A stretch of DNA of 63,005 nt, the filler included. It is 7 parts of 7 records of this genome, joined end to end, with 100 filler letters (N's around TTAATTAATTAA, not from the genome) between each part and the next. Parts side by side here need not be neighbours in the genome. Positions count along the whole stretch, not along the records: positions 22,837 to 26,343 come from SRR7504441_9931; positions 26,444 to 31,138 come from SRR7504441_9938; positions 31,239 to 37,309 come from SRR7504441_9940; 4 more parts are not named here. One strand, given 5' to 3'. The notes beneath the pieces are model-generated. The model saw only the letters and a list, made by a program, of their open reading frames with translations. It did no database searches and was not told the origin of the DNA. Each line of letters starts with the position of its first letter. Positions within the stretch are counted from its first letter, which is position 1. Of the stretch, positions 22,937 through 34,591 are shown piece after piece. Both the position numbers and the translations under genes were made by a program.

Positions 22937-25900
22937 TCAGACTCTTGCTGAGCCTGACAGTCTGACAAATCTACTGGTAGAATAGACTGTAAGGTATAAC
23001 ACGCCCGGGAGCAAGAGAACCATGCCTTCTAACATCAAGGTCTTGGTAGATTCGACGCGCACCCTCAGGTCACTCATTAGTATACAAAAGAGCCAGAGCG
23101 ACAGCACAAACAAGGAAAACAACCATAGACACGAGGCAAGTGCACTGTGTACAGTGCGGAGGCTGTTGACAACGAAGATGCACACAGCTGCGAGCCAGCC
23201 TCGTCGAGATGCAGGAACGCTATAGAATTTGCTGATCTGGGCCTCAAGCTCATGGTCGACCGGGTACTTACAACCGAAACAGTCAACCAGCTTCAGAGGA
23301 TCCAGAACACCACAAAATTGAGCAATCTCTGATACAAAGGTGTGGCAGTTGCCAAACTTGCGATGCTTCTGATTTGCACGGTGCGAGCGAAGAAACATAC
23401 TCCAAGGTGTGAAGTAAGTGCAAGAAGAGCCCCCTGGTCGACCAAATACTTTTTCTACTTGCTGTAGAATCTCTTCTTTGCTTTTTGCACTTTCTCCAAT
23501 CTGAACTATGCCCCAATCTTGCTGAACACGCCACTCATTGCAGGGGTCTAGTGTCCGGTGTGCCAGCTGCGACCACAATTGGTCCATAGTCAAATGCGTC
23601 CATCTAAATGTTGTGTTCAGTTGATATAGACCGTTGGTGTTCTCGAATGCCACCGAGCCCACAATGATGCCCCAATGCTTGCCTACCCCAGCTTTAGTTT
23701 GATGCCAGTACCAATAGCATGCCGTCTCCGAGAAAATGCCTCCTACGCCCACTGCTTGTTGTTGAACTGTTGGGCAAGGCGTGGACTCGGAATTCTTGTT
23801 GTTGACGTAGGATTTGGACTTAACCCTGAAGCATTTTACACCTAGTATAGCTTTCATCTCTTGGACCAGATGGAAAACCATGTGGACATAACTGCCTATT
23901 GATATCACAAGCAGACCAGTGGCAGCAGCTTTCTCGCCCAAGAGAACAGAGTCCAAGAGCCATTGCAGAACTACCCGCACAGGGTAGAAGAGCACTGGAA
24001 CGAACAGCGTTTTTCGCACCAAGTCGAGTCGTGCAGCACCGCTCACATGAGCTAGCTGCATTCGCATGACCAGCGTGCAAGACAGGGGACCTATGCCCCA
24101 GATAATCAGATGAGCATGGCTTGCAGCAAGTGGAGAAATGATCACCCAGCTGCAGCAAGCGACGAGTAACCCTACAAACGGCCACAGCTGTATCAGAGCT
24201 TGTCTAAGGCTTTGAATCTTAGTCAGGTGTACTGTGCACATGCTTGCAACACAGGTGCCAGAAATTGTAACGCAGGCACAAGCAAACACTGCAGCGTTGG
24301 TAAGCAAGCCAGGGTAGAACATGCAGGGTTGCCGCCACACAGCAGGACCCCAGAGAGCATTGTAGAAGTGGATAAAAACAACAACAAGAATACCTTCGTT
24401 TGGACCATTTACAAGTGGCAGGTGCAACACTCCGGTGAAAAATTCCTCCCAGGTAGCAAAGCCGAAACCAATCATCATAGTAAACACAATGCAAGGCGTC
24501 TTCCAGGTGCATCCAAGCTGCAGAGATGCTGCAACTGCTGCGCCACTGACTACCGTGTTAATTGCATCACACCCATGGTCAAATAATAAACCAAGTGGAG
24601 AGCCATTGCCTGTCCTGCGCGCCTGCTTGCCATCACAGACATCCAAAAACTGGTACACAAGCAATGAAACTCCGACATTCAAGTAGGCCCAGACCGGAGC
24701 AACACCGTTGAAGCTCGGACAGAACAACAAGAGGATGGCTGAAGACTGTATCACGGCAAGAAGACCAATTAGGGTGATTGTGTTGGGTGCTAGCCAGTTT
24801 GGAAGCCACTTGACGAACCAGTCGCCAGCTGGAGAAAGCACATGTCGGTACCACAGCGAATGGTCATCAGTTCCTGGGTATCTGTATTTCAACAAGTTTG
24901 CTGCATATGACGTGTGTATGTATGTCGCCGTACTACTATGTCTTGGCGAATGGACCATTGGACCTGTGGTCACCGTAGCTTGTTCAGCTACTTCTTGAGA
25001 TTGGGCATGGAATCCCTGTGGCGTGATTGTGAGAGATTTTTGATGCTGAAAGCCTTTTCTGCAGCTGTGCTTTGAAAAATGCTGAACGCGTGTAGACACA
25101 TTGGAAGCCTGGTTGGCGTGCGTGATATCTCTCCTGATTTGCTTTAAAGAATCGTCAACGAGTTTAGATATATCTATCGCAGGCACGCCTTGAAGGTAGC
25201 GACTAAACGGGCAGTTCCCGCTCTCAGGCGGTTCGTTTGTGGCTTTACACGCAGGGGTGGACTGCTCTTTGTTGGTTTGTAAAGTTGCAACAATGTCATC
25301 CTCGATGGCAAATATTTTGCTGCAGGCTCCAAGCGTGGTGCCTTGTGCTACAACATCCCCTGGCCAGACAATGGCATGCGGGTGGACTATGCCACGCTGT
25401 TCGACCAGTGTTTGTCCAAACACAAACCCCTCAACAAGGTCCCACTTGTGCCCCAAGACATAGCAACCATCGACTACGGCTTCAGCGTGGATGCAAAGGT
25501 TGTCCGGCTCATATGCCACACATGTGTTGAATACAACGTTCCAGGCAATGTTGCTCCCAAGAAGGTTCATGTACCAGAGAGCTACTTTGCTCCCTTGTAG
25601 CTGAGACATGACAGATATATTGAATTTAGAAGTATACACCTGGTACGCGAGGTACTCTGTAAACGAAAAGGGGTAACCTTGCTCCAGAAATGATGAACGC
25701 CAGACAATCCACTTATAGCAGGCCACTATTAACCCCCAGCCCATATAGAAGAGCGTCGCAAGTCCACCCACAAGCACTACTGCTGCGTTCCTTGAGACGG
25801 GACCAGAATGCATAAACATCTCAACAGTCCCGTAGCCACTGTAATACTCGGTTGTACCGTAAAAAAGCAACAGTCCCACCTCGTACGGGGGAAGTAGTGC

Positions 25901-26343
25901 GGCCATCAACACCGACAGCATCAGTAAACGCAAGCATAATTGACTTGTAGCCGATGTGCTGGTAAAGATTCTCTGGTTCGAGGTGGCTGGTACCTTCACT
26001 CTCGCACCAATAGTTCCAAACACAAGTTTCTGGCTGTCCAGTGATTTGTTGACCCATGTTAGGGCACCGACTTGGCTCCTAAAACCGATGACAATATCAC
26101 CCGGCCCAATGACACAGCTGAGGCCAAGCGCACACCGCTCTTCAACACATATGCAACCTTTTCGCCGAAATCCAACCTGCTCCGAAGCCAGATCACAGAG
26201 AAAGACACAGTTAGACACCGTCACATCGTCACCGATGGCGATTGTGTCAGCATCACAGAGGTTCACGCTGCAATAATCGACAAAAACACATCCACGGCCC
26301 ACACGCATACCAACAACGCGGGCCAGCAACGTAATGAGCATGG
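22937..26343 (-). CDS. Fusion protein (5' truncated): Pls/PosA-type NRPS terminal left-handed beta-helix/TM repeats, choline/ethanolamine phosphotransferase, LRAT/PPPDE-like domain
   Basis: 1134-aa stop-free ORF. LbH repeats GMRVGRGC..DADTIAIGDDVTV and LQGSKVALWYMNLLGSNI..YEPDNL; CEPT motifs PNWLAPNTITLIG and LDVCDGKQARRTGNGSPLGLLFDHGCD; KHWGIIVG...GNCHTFV. Confidence 0.85.
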
Positions 26344-26443
26344 NNNNNNNNNNNNNNNNNNNNNNNNNNNNNNNNNNNNNNNNNNNNTTAATTAATTAAN
26401 NNNNNNNNNNNNNNNNNNNNNNNNNNNNNNNNNNNNNNNNNNN
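26344..26443. other. Artificial contig spacer
   Basis: N44-TTAATTAATTAA-N44. Confidence 0.99.
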
Positions 26444-27246
26444 AGAGCTGGTGCGGCAGCGGTCGTGGTACGGCGGACAGGTGGTCGAGGCTTGAGGCTC
26501 AGCAGGCGCACAAGAATGCAGTGCTGGATGAGCAAGAGAACGCTACGCATGGGCGCAAGCAGATGGTCTGGTTCCTGCCGGACGGGTTTCCGGCGCACGA
26601 GTTCGCGGCGCTCTGTGAGGCTCACTTTGCCCATTTGCTGGACGCCCAGCATCCACCGGTGGCCAGAGTTTCTGCCAAGGGACGGTCTTACGGAGAGTAC
26701 GTTCTGGTGGACAACAGTACGGAGGCGCAACAGATGGATGGCGAGCGGACCGGCCGGCACCCCGGATATTCGCCCGGAAGGATCTCGCTACGAGTGCACG
26801 TTCTACACGGACGGAGTTCACTCAAAGAGCGAATAGAGCACGCTAATATAGGTAACGTTGAGGGAGTAACCCTCTCTCCCATCGCCACGGTACGGCATAG
26901 GCGGCCGGCCGGGCGGAGCGCAGACGCAGCGGGCCGAGCGGGCCTGTGGCTGAAGCTCATCACCACTGTAGCAGAGAAATCAGCACTGTATCGTATCTTG
27001 CACACAGGAGTAGGGAGAGAAGACGTATGGGAAATTTACGCCCCATGCTACAGGGAACTGAAACGTCAGGCTGGTTTGGCACGGGTCGTCCTGGACTGGC
27101 CCATTGTGCTACTTGAGTTCGCCATCCAGCTTTTCCAGACCGGGTATAAGAACGAGACGGGCGAAGATCCAGTCTCTACTGCACGAGTGCACACTATGAG
27201 GTTCTACGGAGAATGGACACTGCCCTACTTGAACTGCCCTACTTGA
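26444..27246 (+). CDS. Hypothetical protein, 5' truncated, probably intron-containing
   Basis: 241-aa protein-like ORF 26521-27246 preceded by a candidate short intron; no motif recognised. Confidence 0.55.
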
Positions 27247-27390
27247 AGCCTGAGGCCATGCTGCTCATCACTGAGTTTGCCACACTGACGTCGACATTGC
27301 CACACTGACAGGCTGCGTGAGAGAGGAAAGCGACAACAACAACACCGGAGGCGGTCGGCCGGCACTGAGGCGGTGTGCGGCGGGGGGCGG

Positions 27391-29557
27391 ATGCAGCGGG
27401 TGGGCGCGGACGCGATCGCCGGGACGCACGTGCTGCAGAACGACTTCCCCGGGCCGAGCCGGATCCGGCTGGACTACCCGCAGTTCCGCGAGGCGGGCAC
27501 ACCGATCGTGATCGACAACGGCTCCTACCATTGCAGGGTCGGCTGGGCCAGCGAGACCAGCCCCCGGGCCAGCTTCCGCTCGCTGGTGGGCCGGCCCAAG
27601 ACGCGCAAGGACGGCGACCCGAGCGCGTACGTCGGCTCCGGGCTGTTCAGCGTGGACTGGAACCGGGTCAATATAAAGTCGGCGTTCGAGGGTGGGGTTT
27701 GCTACCACGGGGATACGCAGGAGCTCGTGCTCGACCACGCCTTCTCGCACCTGGGGATCGACGCGGACGCGGTCCGGCACCCGGTGCTCCTCACTGAATG
27801 CGTGTGCACCCCGCGGGCGGCCCGGAAGCAGCAGGCCGAGATGTTGTTCGAAGGGTATGGGGTCAGCTCCGTGGCCTTCGGAGTCGACTCACTGTTCAGC
27901 TGGCGGTTCAACCAGCCGGCAGCGTCTAGCGACGGGATGATAGTCTCGGCCGGGCATTCAGCCACACACGTGCTCCCGATCGTGGCTGGCCGGCTAGACT
28001 TCCACAACGCACGCCGGCTCGACCTGGCAGGCGCCGGCCAGACTGACTTCATGCTCCAGCAGCTGTTGGTCCACCCGGCGCTCCAGCGCAACCCGGCGCT
28101 CCGCGGATTTGTCTCGGCGGTGCAAGCGCAGGAGCTCAAGCACAGATTCTGTCACCTGGCGCCTTTCAACAGCTTTGCTCACGACATCACCGCAGCCGCC
28201 GCCCGACCGCCCGAGCAGCGATGCATCATCCAGATACCGTTCGCGCCACAGCCGGTCCCGTCGGAGGAGGAGCTCGCCGCGCGGACGGCCATGCGCCGAG
28301 AGCAGGGAAAGCGGCTGCAGGAACTCTCAGCCAAGAGACGGCGAGACAGACTAGCCGAACACCAGAAGAAGCTAGAAGTGCTGCTCCAGCTGGCCGAGCC
28401 CGGGAATATATCGGCGGCCGAGCGGCGGCACCAGCTGGCTGAGCACGGGTTCAAGACGGAAGCGCTGCTGGAGAAGGAGATAGATGAACTGCAGGATCGG
28501 GTGACCACGATGCTGCAGCGCATGTCCGGAGGGTCGATCCAGCCGCCGGCCAAGCCTGCCCGGACGTACCCGCTGCTGGAAATAGACGACGACGACCTGA
28601 CCCCTGATCAGCTCAAACAGAAGCAGGTGCGACCGGCCAGCGTGCCGGGCTGATGGGTTGCAGGTCCAAAAGTTCCTCAAGGCTGCTGCACTCGGTCGGG
28701 AGAAAGCCCAGCTGAAGCAAACCCAGGAGCGGGCCAAGAAAGACGCCGAGGAGAAGAAGATGCAGGAGCTCAAGAAGAACGACCCGGCCGGCTGGGAGGA
28801 GACTGTGAGGCGCGAGCTTGACAAACTGTACCTCAAGAAGCAGCAACGCGAGAGGGCGAGGCAAGAGGCCAACGACCGAGGGTCTGCCATGTACCGCAAG
28901 CGGCAGCGGCTGGTCAACTCGGCAGCCGACACAGGGAACGACGACGACGGGTTTGGCGAGAACGACGACGATTGGTTGGTGTATTTGGAGATGAGTCGCG
29001 AAGACAATGAGAACGACGACGACGACGACGCACGGATTGCAGAGCTGGAGACAATGCTGGCTGAACACGACCCGATGTCCATGTATCAATCCTACGAAGA
29101 GCAAGCGGCCATGTGGCAGCTAGACATCGGGGGCGTCTGCCTGAGGACGGCTGAGATTGTGTACCAGCCCGCAATGGTGGGGCACGACCAGGCCGGTCTA
29201 GCAGAGATCATATCGGGAGTGGTACAGCAGTATCCTGACAATCTCAAGGCCAAGCTTCTGGGGAATGTGCTGGTGACCGGGGGCGCGGCGCTCACCCGAG
29301 GGTTCAAGGAGCGACTGGTCGGCGAGCTCACTGCGATCAGGCCAGCCGAGATGGAGTTCAATGTGACAATGGCCGACCGGCCGATGGAGGATGCATGGCG
29401 CGGGGCGCAGCAATGGTGCCAGCAGGACGATGTCGGGTTTCGAGCAGCGCTGACCACACGTGCTGAGCACGATGAGTGTGGGGCAGGGTACTTGAAAGAG
29501 CACAGCTACTCGAATGAGTGCTACATGAAGCTCAAGCAGGCGGAGGCTCTAGCATAG
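27391..29557 (+). CDS. ARP5: Actin-related protein 5 (INO80 subunit); intron 28627-28663
   Basis: PIVIDNGSYHCRVGW, HPVLLTE, FGVDSLFS, charged insertion with DDDGFGENDDDWLVY, NVLVTGG, YLKEH; 37-nt GT-AG intron joins two ORFs. Confidence 0.94.
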
Positions 29558-29864
29558 ATCTACGAGTAATCTAAGCTCCGGGAATGAGTACATGTATGAC
29601 TAGCTAGCTAGACGCAGTAAAGTGTTTATCTGGCCGGGCCAAGTATTAGAAAGCAACTCGTTTATTAGGTACATGTTACTGCCACTTTCTCGTGTACCTA
29701 TAAGATTTCTACCTAGCGACGTTATCTATAGCTACTCAAAACATCTTTCCCATTACATTGCGAGCAGAGCACTCGTCCTACTCAGTACTGGATCAGCAGT
29801 CGTCAATTGCCGTTGCCGGAGAAAGTGGCGGCAGTTGCACAACCGACTCGTATCGTGCACAACA

Positions 29865-31138
29865 ATGGGTCAGACGCTCGGATGCCCGGGGACGTGCTGC
29901 ACCGAAGACGGTTGCAAGAACATGTGGTGCTGCTGCGAGTCGTACCCGGGCGAGTGCGGCTTGTGCTGCTACAGCTGCCTGAATGACAAGCTCAAGAGCG
30001 ACCGGATCTTCCGGCGTCAGGACACGTTGGCGGTGAAGGATGGCGTGACCAGGCCGGACGAGCTCCTCCAGCTGGTGGGCTACGTCAGCCTCCCCCCGTT
30101 CGCAGGCGGCCAATGCATGGACAGCCCGGGAAGCGGCGAGCAGTGCGTCTACTGGAAGGTCAACGTCGATAAGCAAATGATCGGATGGAAGAAAACGGAG
30201 CACAAGAAGCACGTTGACGAGCCCCTGTACACCGTGATCGTCAACGGACAGAGCAAGACGTGCACAAAGCTTGACGACGACTACAACAGGGGGACGCCTG
30301 TCCCAATTATGGACAAGGTTGACGCTGGGTTAGTCCCACGGACGAGGTCTGTGATGGTGGTTGACAAGATCGAATGGTCCAAGACTAGATCCTGGTCCAC
30401 CATCGCCCGGGGCTCGAACAACGTGGACTTCTACCTGCAAGACGGCTCGCACAAGCTGCTGATCAACGCCAGCAAGGGCAGCGAGGCGGTTCACTTTGCT
30501 GATGATGGCTCGCTAGAAGGCGGGGACGAGGGCAAGTTCAAGCCTGAAGACGCCCCCGCTGGGATCCGGTGGCTTACCAAAGTCTACGGGAAGAAAGACC
30601 CGGCTGATGTATTCAGTCTGCACCAGCCAGACAAGTTGCCAGAGGCACTCGAGGGCCTGAGCGAGCCATCACACGAATGGCCAGAGAACAAGAAATTCTT
30701 CACAGGCGAAATGCGATGGAAGGAGCAGGCATACTATGTCGGAGAACTGATCGCGGCGCTGGGCGTCCCCAAGCAAGCTACCCCGGACCCGTACACTGAT
30801 ACCGACACGATGACATTGCGTGGGGCCACTGAAGACGCTATTCCAGTGGACGAAATGGATGACTGGTCCGGCTGGGACCGGCTGGCCTGGCACGATTATT
30901 ACGGAAAGGAGGACACCTTGATCATGCTGACCGACGGAAAGGAGCACACCAAGATACACGTTGACAAGCCTGAGAACTCGGCTCACAACCAGTTTGAGTA
31001 CGTATCAAACTGGAAGAAACCCGAGCAAGAATGGACCGTGCCCCCGCCCCCACCCCCTTTCCCTCCGCCACCTCCCCCGGCGCCTCGAGCTCCTGGCCAG
31101 CAGACCATCACCACCACCACCACCACCACCACCACCAC
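29865..31138 (+). CDS. Protein with Cys-rich N-terminus, GIDE-like central region and Pro/Thr tail (3' truncated)
   Basis: MGQTLGCPGTCC start; SPGSGEQCVYWKV, VDFYLQDGSHKLLI and MRWKEQAYYVGELIAALG resemble GIDE/MUL1-like domains. Confidence 0.6.
31108..31138 (+). repeat. (ACC)n microsatellite encoding poly-Thr at the contig break
   Basis: About ten ACC units immediately before the spacer. Confidence 0.9.
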
Positions 31139-31238
31139 NNNNNNNNNNNNNNNNNNNNNNNNNNNNNNNNNNNNNNNNNNNNTTAATTAATTAANNNNNN
31201 NNNNNNNNNNNNNNNNNNNNNNNNNNNNNNNNNNNNNN
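31139..31238. other. Artificial contig spacer
   Basis: N44-TTAATTAATTAA-N44. Confidence 0.99.
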
Positions 31239-31281
31239 CCCCCCCCCCTCCCCCCGGGCTTGTCTGAGTGGTGCTGTGCAG

Positions 31282-32623
31282 GCTATTACCGCGCGCTCAG
31301 CACAGCTAAACCGTTTGCAGCGCGAGAGAACCTGGCGCAACTGTTCCAGCAGCCGGAGCCAGCCCAGCCGGGCCCGGCCGACTGGTTCATAGCGGTGCAC
31401 GGCATGCTGTTCACCAGGATTGCGCTCGACCGGTTCGATGCCAAGCTGCAGTCAGGCAGGGAGCTAGCACACTCGTGGGAATATTCATCTGAACTCGGGG
31501 TCAAGCTGGCCTGCTGCTGCGCGCTGGCGGTGCACAACGGGGCGGCAGCCGGGCCGGAGCCGTGGCAGCTGGCTGGGCTGATGGTGTCGGCGATGCTGAG
31601 GCAGCCGGGCGGTCTGGCAGGCGCTGTCGTGCTGTTGGATTGGATGAAGGCCAACCCAGACCTGATGGCCTCAAACAGTGAAGCCGGGCTGAATGCGATC
31701 AGGGTGGCGCTCGACCGGTGGGAGGCGGCCAACCCGCCGCTCGAGCTCGAGCAAGGGCTGGACGGCTGTCGACTTGCTGAGGATGCGGAGCTCAGGGGGT
31801 TTGTGCCTTTGGAGCGAGTGCTTCGAGCCCGGAGCGAGCCCCCCCCAGACGGAGCCGAACAATCGGTGGCTGAGCCGGCCGGTCTGCGACTGAGCCGGGC
31901 GGCAGGTGCGTGCGGCGCGGCTGCGTGTGGCGGTCGCTGAGCTGGGTGAGATGGAGCCACGGCTGCTGCCCAGGCAGGCGCCAATCTGGGAGGATCCAAA
32001 GCCGTTAGCCCCGCTCCCGGGAGGCGCAGTGGGTAGCTCCCGGGCTGGGGCGTCCGGGGAGGCCCCGGGGATGATTGCTGTGGATGTGCGGCCGCAGATG
32101 GCGCTCGCAGTGCTCGACGCGCCGAACATTGCAATGAGACACGGGAAGAAGAAGCTTTTCTCGTGCCATGGGATCGCGCTCGCGATGGAGTGGTACCAGG
32201 CGCGCGGTCACAATACGATCGGGTTCATGCCGGACTATATGCTAGACTGGGAGAACGCTTCCAAGAACGCTCGGATGCAGAATGCTGGGTGGCTTGCCAG
32301 CCGGAGGCCGCTGAGGGTTGTTCAGGCTGGAGGTGGCTGCGTCCAAGCTGCCGTCGGATGTAGCGCTGCTGGAGAAGCTCGTGGACGACGGACTGATCAT
32401 TGCCACGCCGCCCCAGGACTACGATGACAGCTACTCGATCCAATACGCCCAGAGTCACGACGGGTTTGTTGTCTCAAACGACCGGTTCAAGGATTGGGTG
32501 GAGAAGGCGGGCAACCATGTTGAACGGCTGACTCGCAAGGAGTGGGTGCGTAGCCGCGTGTGCTCGTATACATTTGTGAATGACGAGTTCTTGCCCAACC
32601 CGGATTTCAAGATGCCGAGCTAG
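31282..32623 (+). CDS. EST1/SMG5-7-like helical domain plus Zc3h12a/Regnase-type (NYN/PIN) RNase; 5' truncated; introns 31866-31905 and 32289-32325
   Basis: YYRALSTAKPFAARENL, FIAVHGMLF, LAEDAELRGFVPL (EST1 family); VLDAPNIAMRHG, FSCHGI, DYDDSYSI, VVSNDRFKD, YTFVNDEF (RNase_Zc3h12a). Confidence 0.82.
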
Positions 32624-32925
32624 CTTTGACGTCGTAGTTAATACCATGCATACATTAGTCGTGACTTAGTCTAGACTTAGTTAAGACTTACATTACATTA
32701 ACATTCCATTACCCGTGGTTGCTGATGAGTTCGAATTACGTTCGAATCGGATGTACTCGTACAGAACTTATACAGAACTAGAACTCGAATTTAAAAAAAA
32801 TTAAACTCTAATCATAATTATTGATTCTTTCATTTTTAATTACTATCTCAGCAAGTACATGTATATTAGATTATTAGTTTTATACTTTAGCATACATGTA
32901 CATGATTGTAGGCCATTTTAATGGG

Positions 32926-34537
32926 CTAGTTCACCGGGTGGATCTTCCCGTTGCTCTTTGTTGGCATACACGCACCAAAGGCTTCCATGCATACACATTG
33001 TGCACGGGGACTGTCTCGCACTGACAGCAGAGTCTCCTCGCGGCTTGCGAGGCCGTCCCTTTCTAAAAAGCCCCTGGTGAATGTATAATCCAGAGCCTTC
33101 AAGCTCTTATTCGAGCTTCTGACCAACTCATCGGTTCGTTGGACCAACGGACGGCCCAGCCTCCTCAATATTTGCTTGTACGACACCAGGACATCAGGTT
33201 CAATTTCCCATTTTTTCAGGACTTCGATCAAGTCCTCCACATCAGCTACTTGTTCAGAATGATCAGCACAGCATGCTTTGATCCTTTGGCTTCTTCGCCT
33301 GAATCCTTCGACTGTCTCTTCAGCTAGCGTCGACTGCAAACCAAATGTCAAATATGTCCATGCTAGCGATGCCTCAAATTTCGAGTCTGAGTTTGTTTCG
33401 GTGTAGAAATCCAATAGAATTGCAATAAACACGTTGAACATGACCAGGACCGCTAGAATCAAGTATACCGTGCAAAAGATCTCGGCAACCACAGGATCCA
33501 CAGTCCTGACAGGTGCATTTCTGAGTGCTCTTAGCAGGAGTGGCTTGCTCACCGGAGATTATCGTAATCGAATGGCTCGAATCCAAAGGCATACCTGGGC
33601 ACAACCTACCATCAACCAGGAATGCGAGCATTCTTACAAGAGCAGATTTTGGATGCCGACGCCTATATTGGCAAAGGAGCTATCAGCATGGCCGAACAAG
33701 ACCACAGCAGCGGCACCAAAGGCAAGATAGACAGTACCAACTTGCGCAACTGTGGTTTCCCAACGCCCTGCAATATCAACTTCTAATCCGAGGCTGATAA
33801 AGCCGAGCAAGCGCGTATTTGCGTTGTAAAGTGCAATTTGAATTTCCAGTTCGCCTGTCAGACTGGTCAACTCCTGTGTTGGCTCCCTGAAGGAGTACCT
33901 GCAAAGTTCTCGAGCTTTTTTACAACATCCGCCCTGAAGTTACTTTGTGAGATGATTTCGCTCCATTTTACAGATGGCTGATAGCCAACAAGTTCAGAAT
34001 AAGTACCACCACCTCTGTCAAAGCATCGGCTGACAAGGATCCTGCTCAGACTTCCTACAACCAACAGCACAGACCTTTCTGGATAGACCTCGTATGAGGT
34101 GTCACACGAGCCAAGTGACAACCCTGTGAACTTGAAACTTATGTCCCCAATTGCTGCCAGGCGATCGTTCACCATTTTCTGACAGCACTGTCGGTCCAGG
34201 TCATTGTGCCTGCCTGGCAGGGCCAGCACTCCGCAAGGTCGAGCACTTTCCCCACGACCAGCAGCTTCTGCCGCAACACGGGCAGATCGGAACCTGTGGC
34301 CGCCATTTGCGCCGACGACGACGTCCGCTCAATCCGGCGGAGCTCACGCAGCAGCCCAACCCGCCGTCGCGCCAGCCGCGCCCGGGAGAACCGTTGAATG
34401 CACCGAGAGGCCGCATCTACGTCCAACCCGTCCCTCCTGGGCAGGCCACCTTCCCCGGGCTCTGGCTTGACCGCCAGCTCGCCGGGCAGTGGCGCTGGCG
34501 GCGCTGCTGGCAGTGGCGGAGGATCCCCAGTCGGCAT
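32926..34537 (-). CDS. Short polycystin-2 (PKD channel)-like protein, multi-exon
   Basis: Spliced ALYNANTRLL (TOP-domain end), AFGAAAVVLFG (S5), SFANIGVGIQNLLLYAFGFEPFDYDNL (pore), LVMFNVFIAILLDFYTE (S6); ~44-47-nt introns. Confidence 0.68.
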
Positions 34538-34591
34538 GTATTTGGAGGCCGGAGGCTAACGGCAATCCCACTGGCCAGTCGGTCTGCAGGC

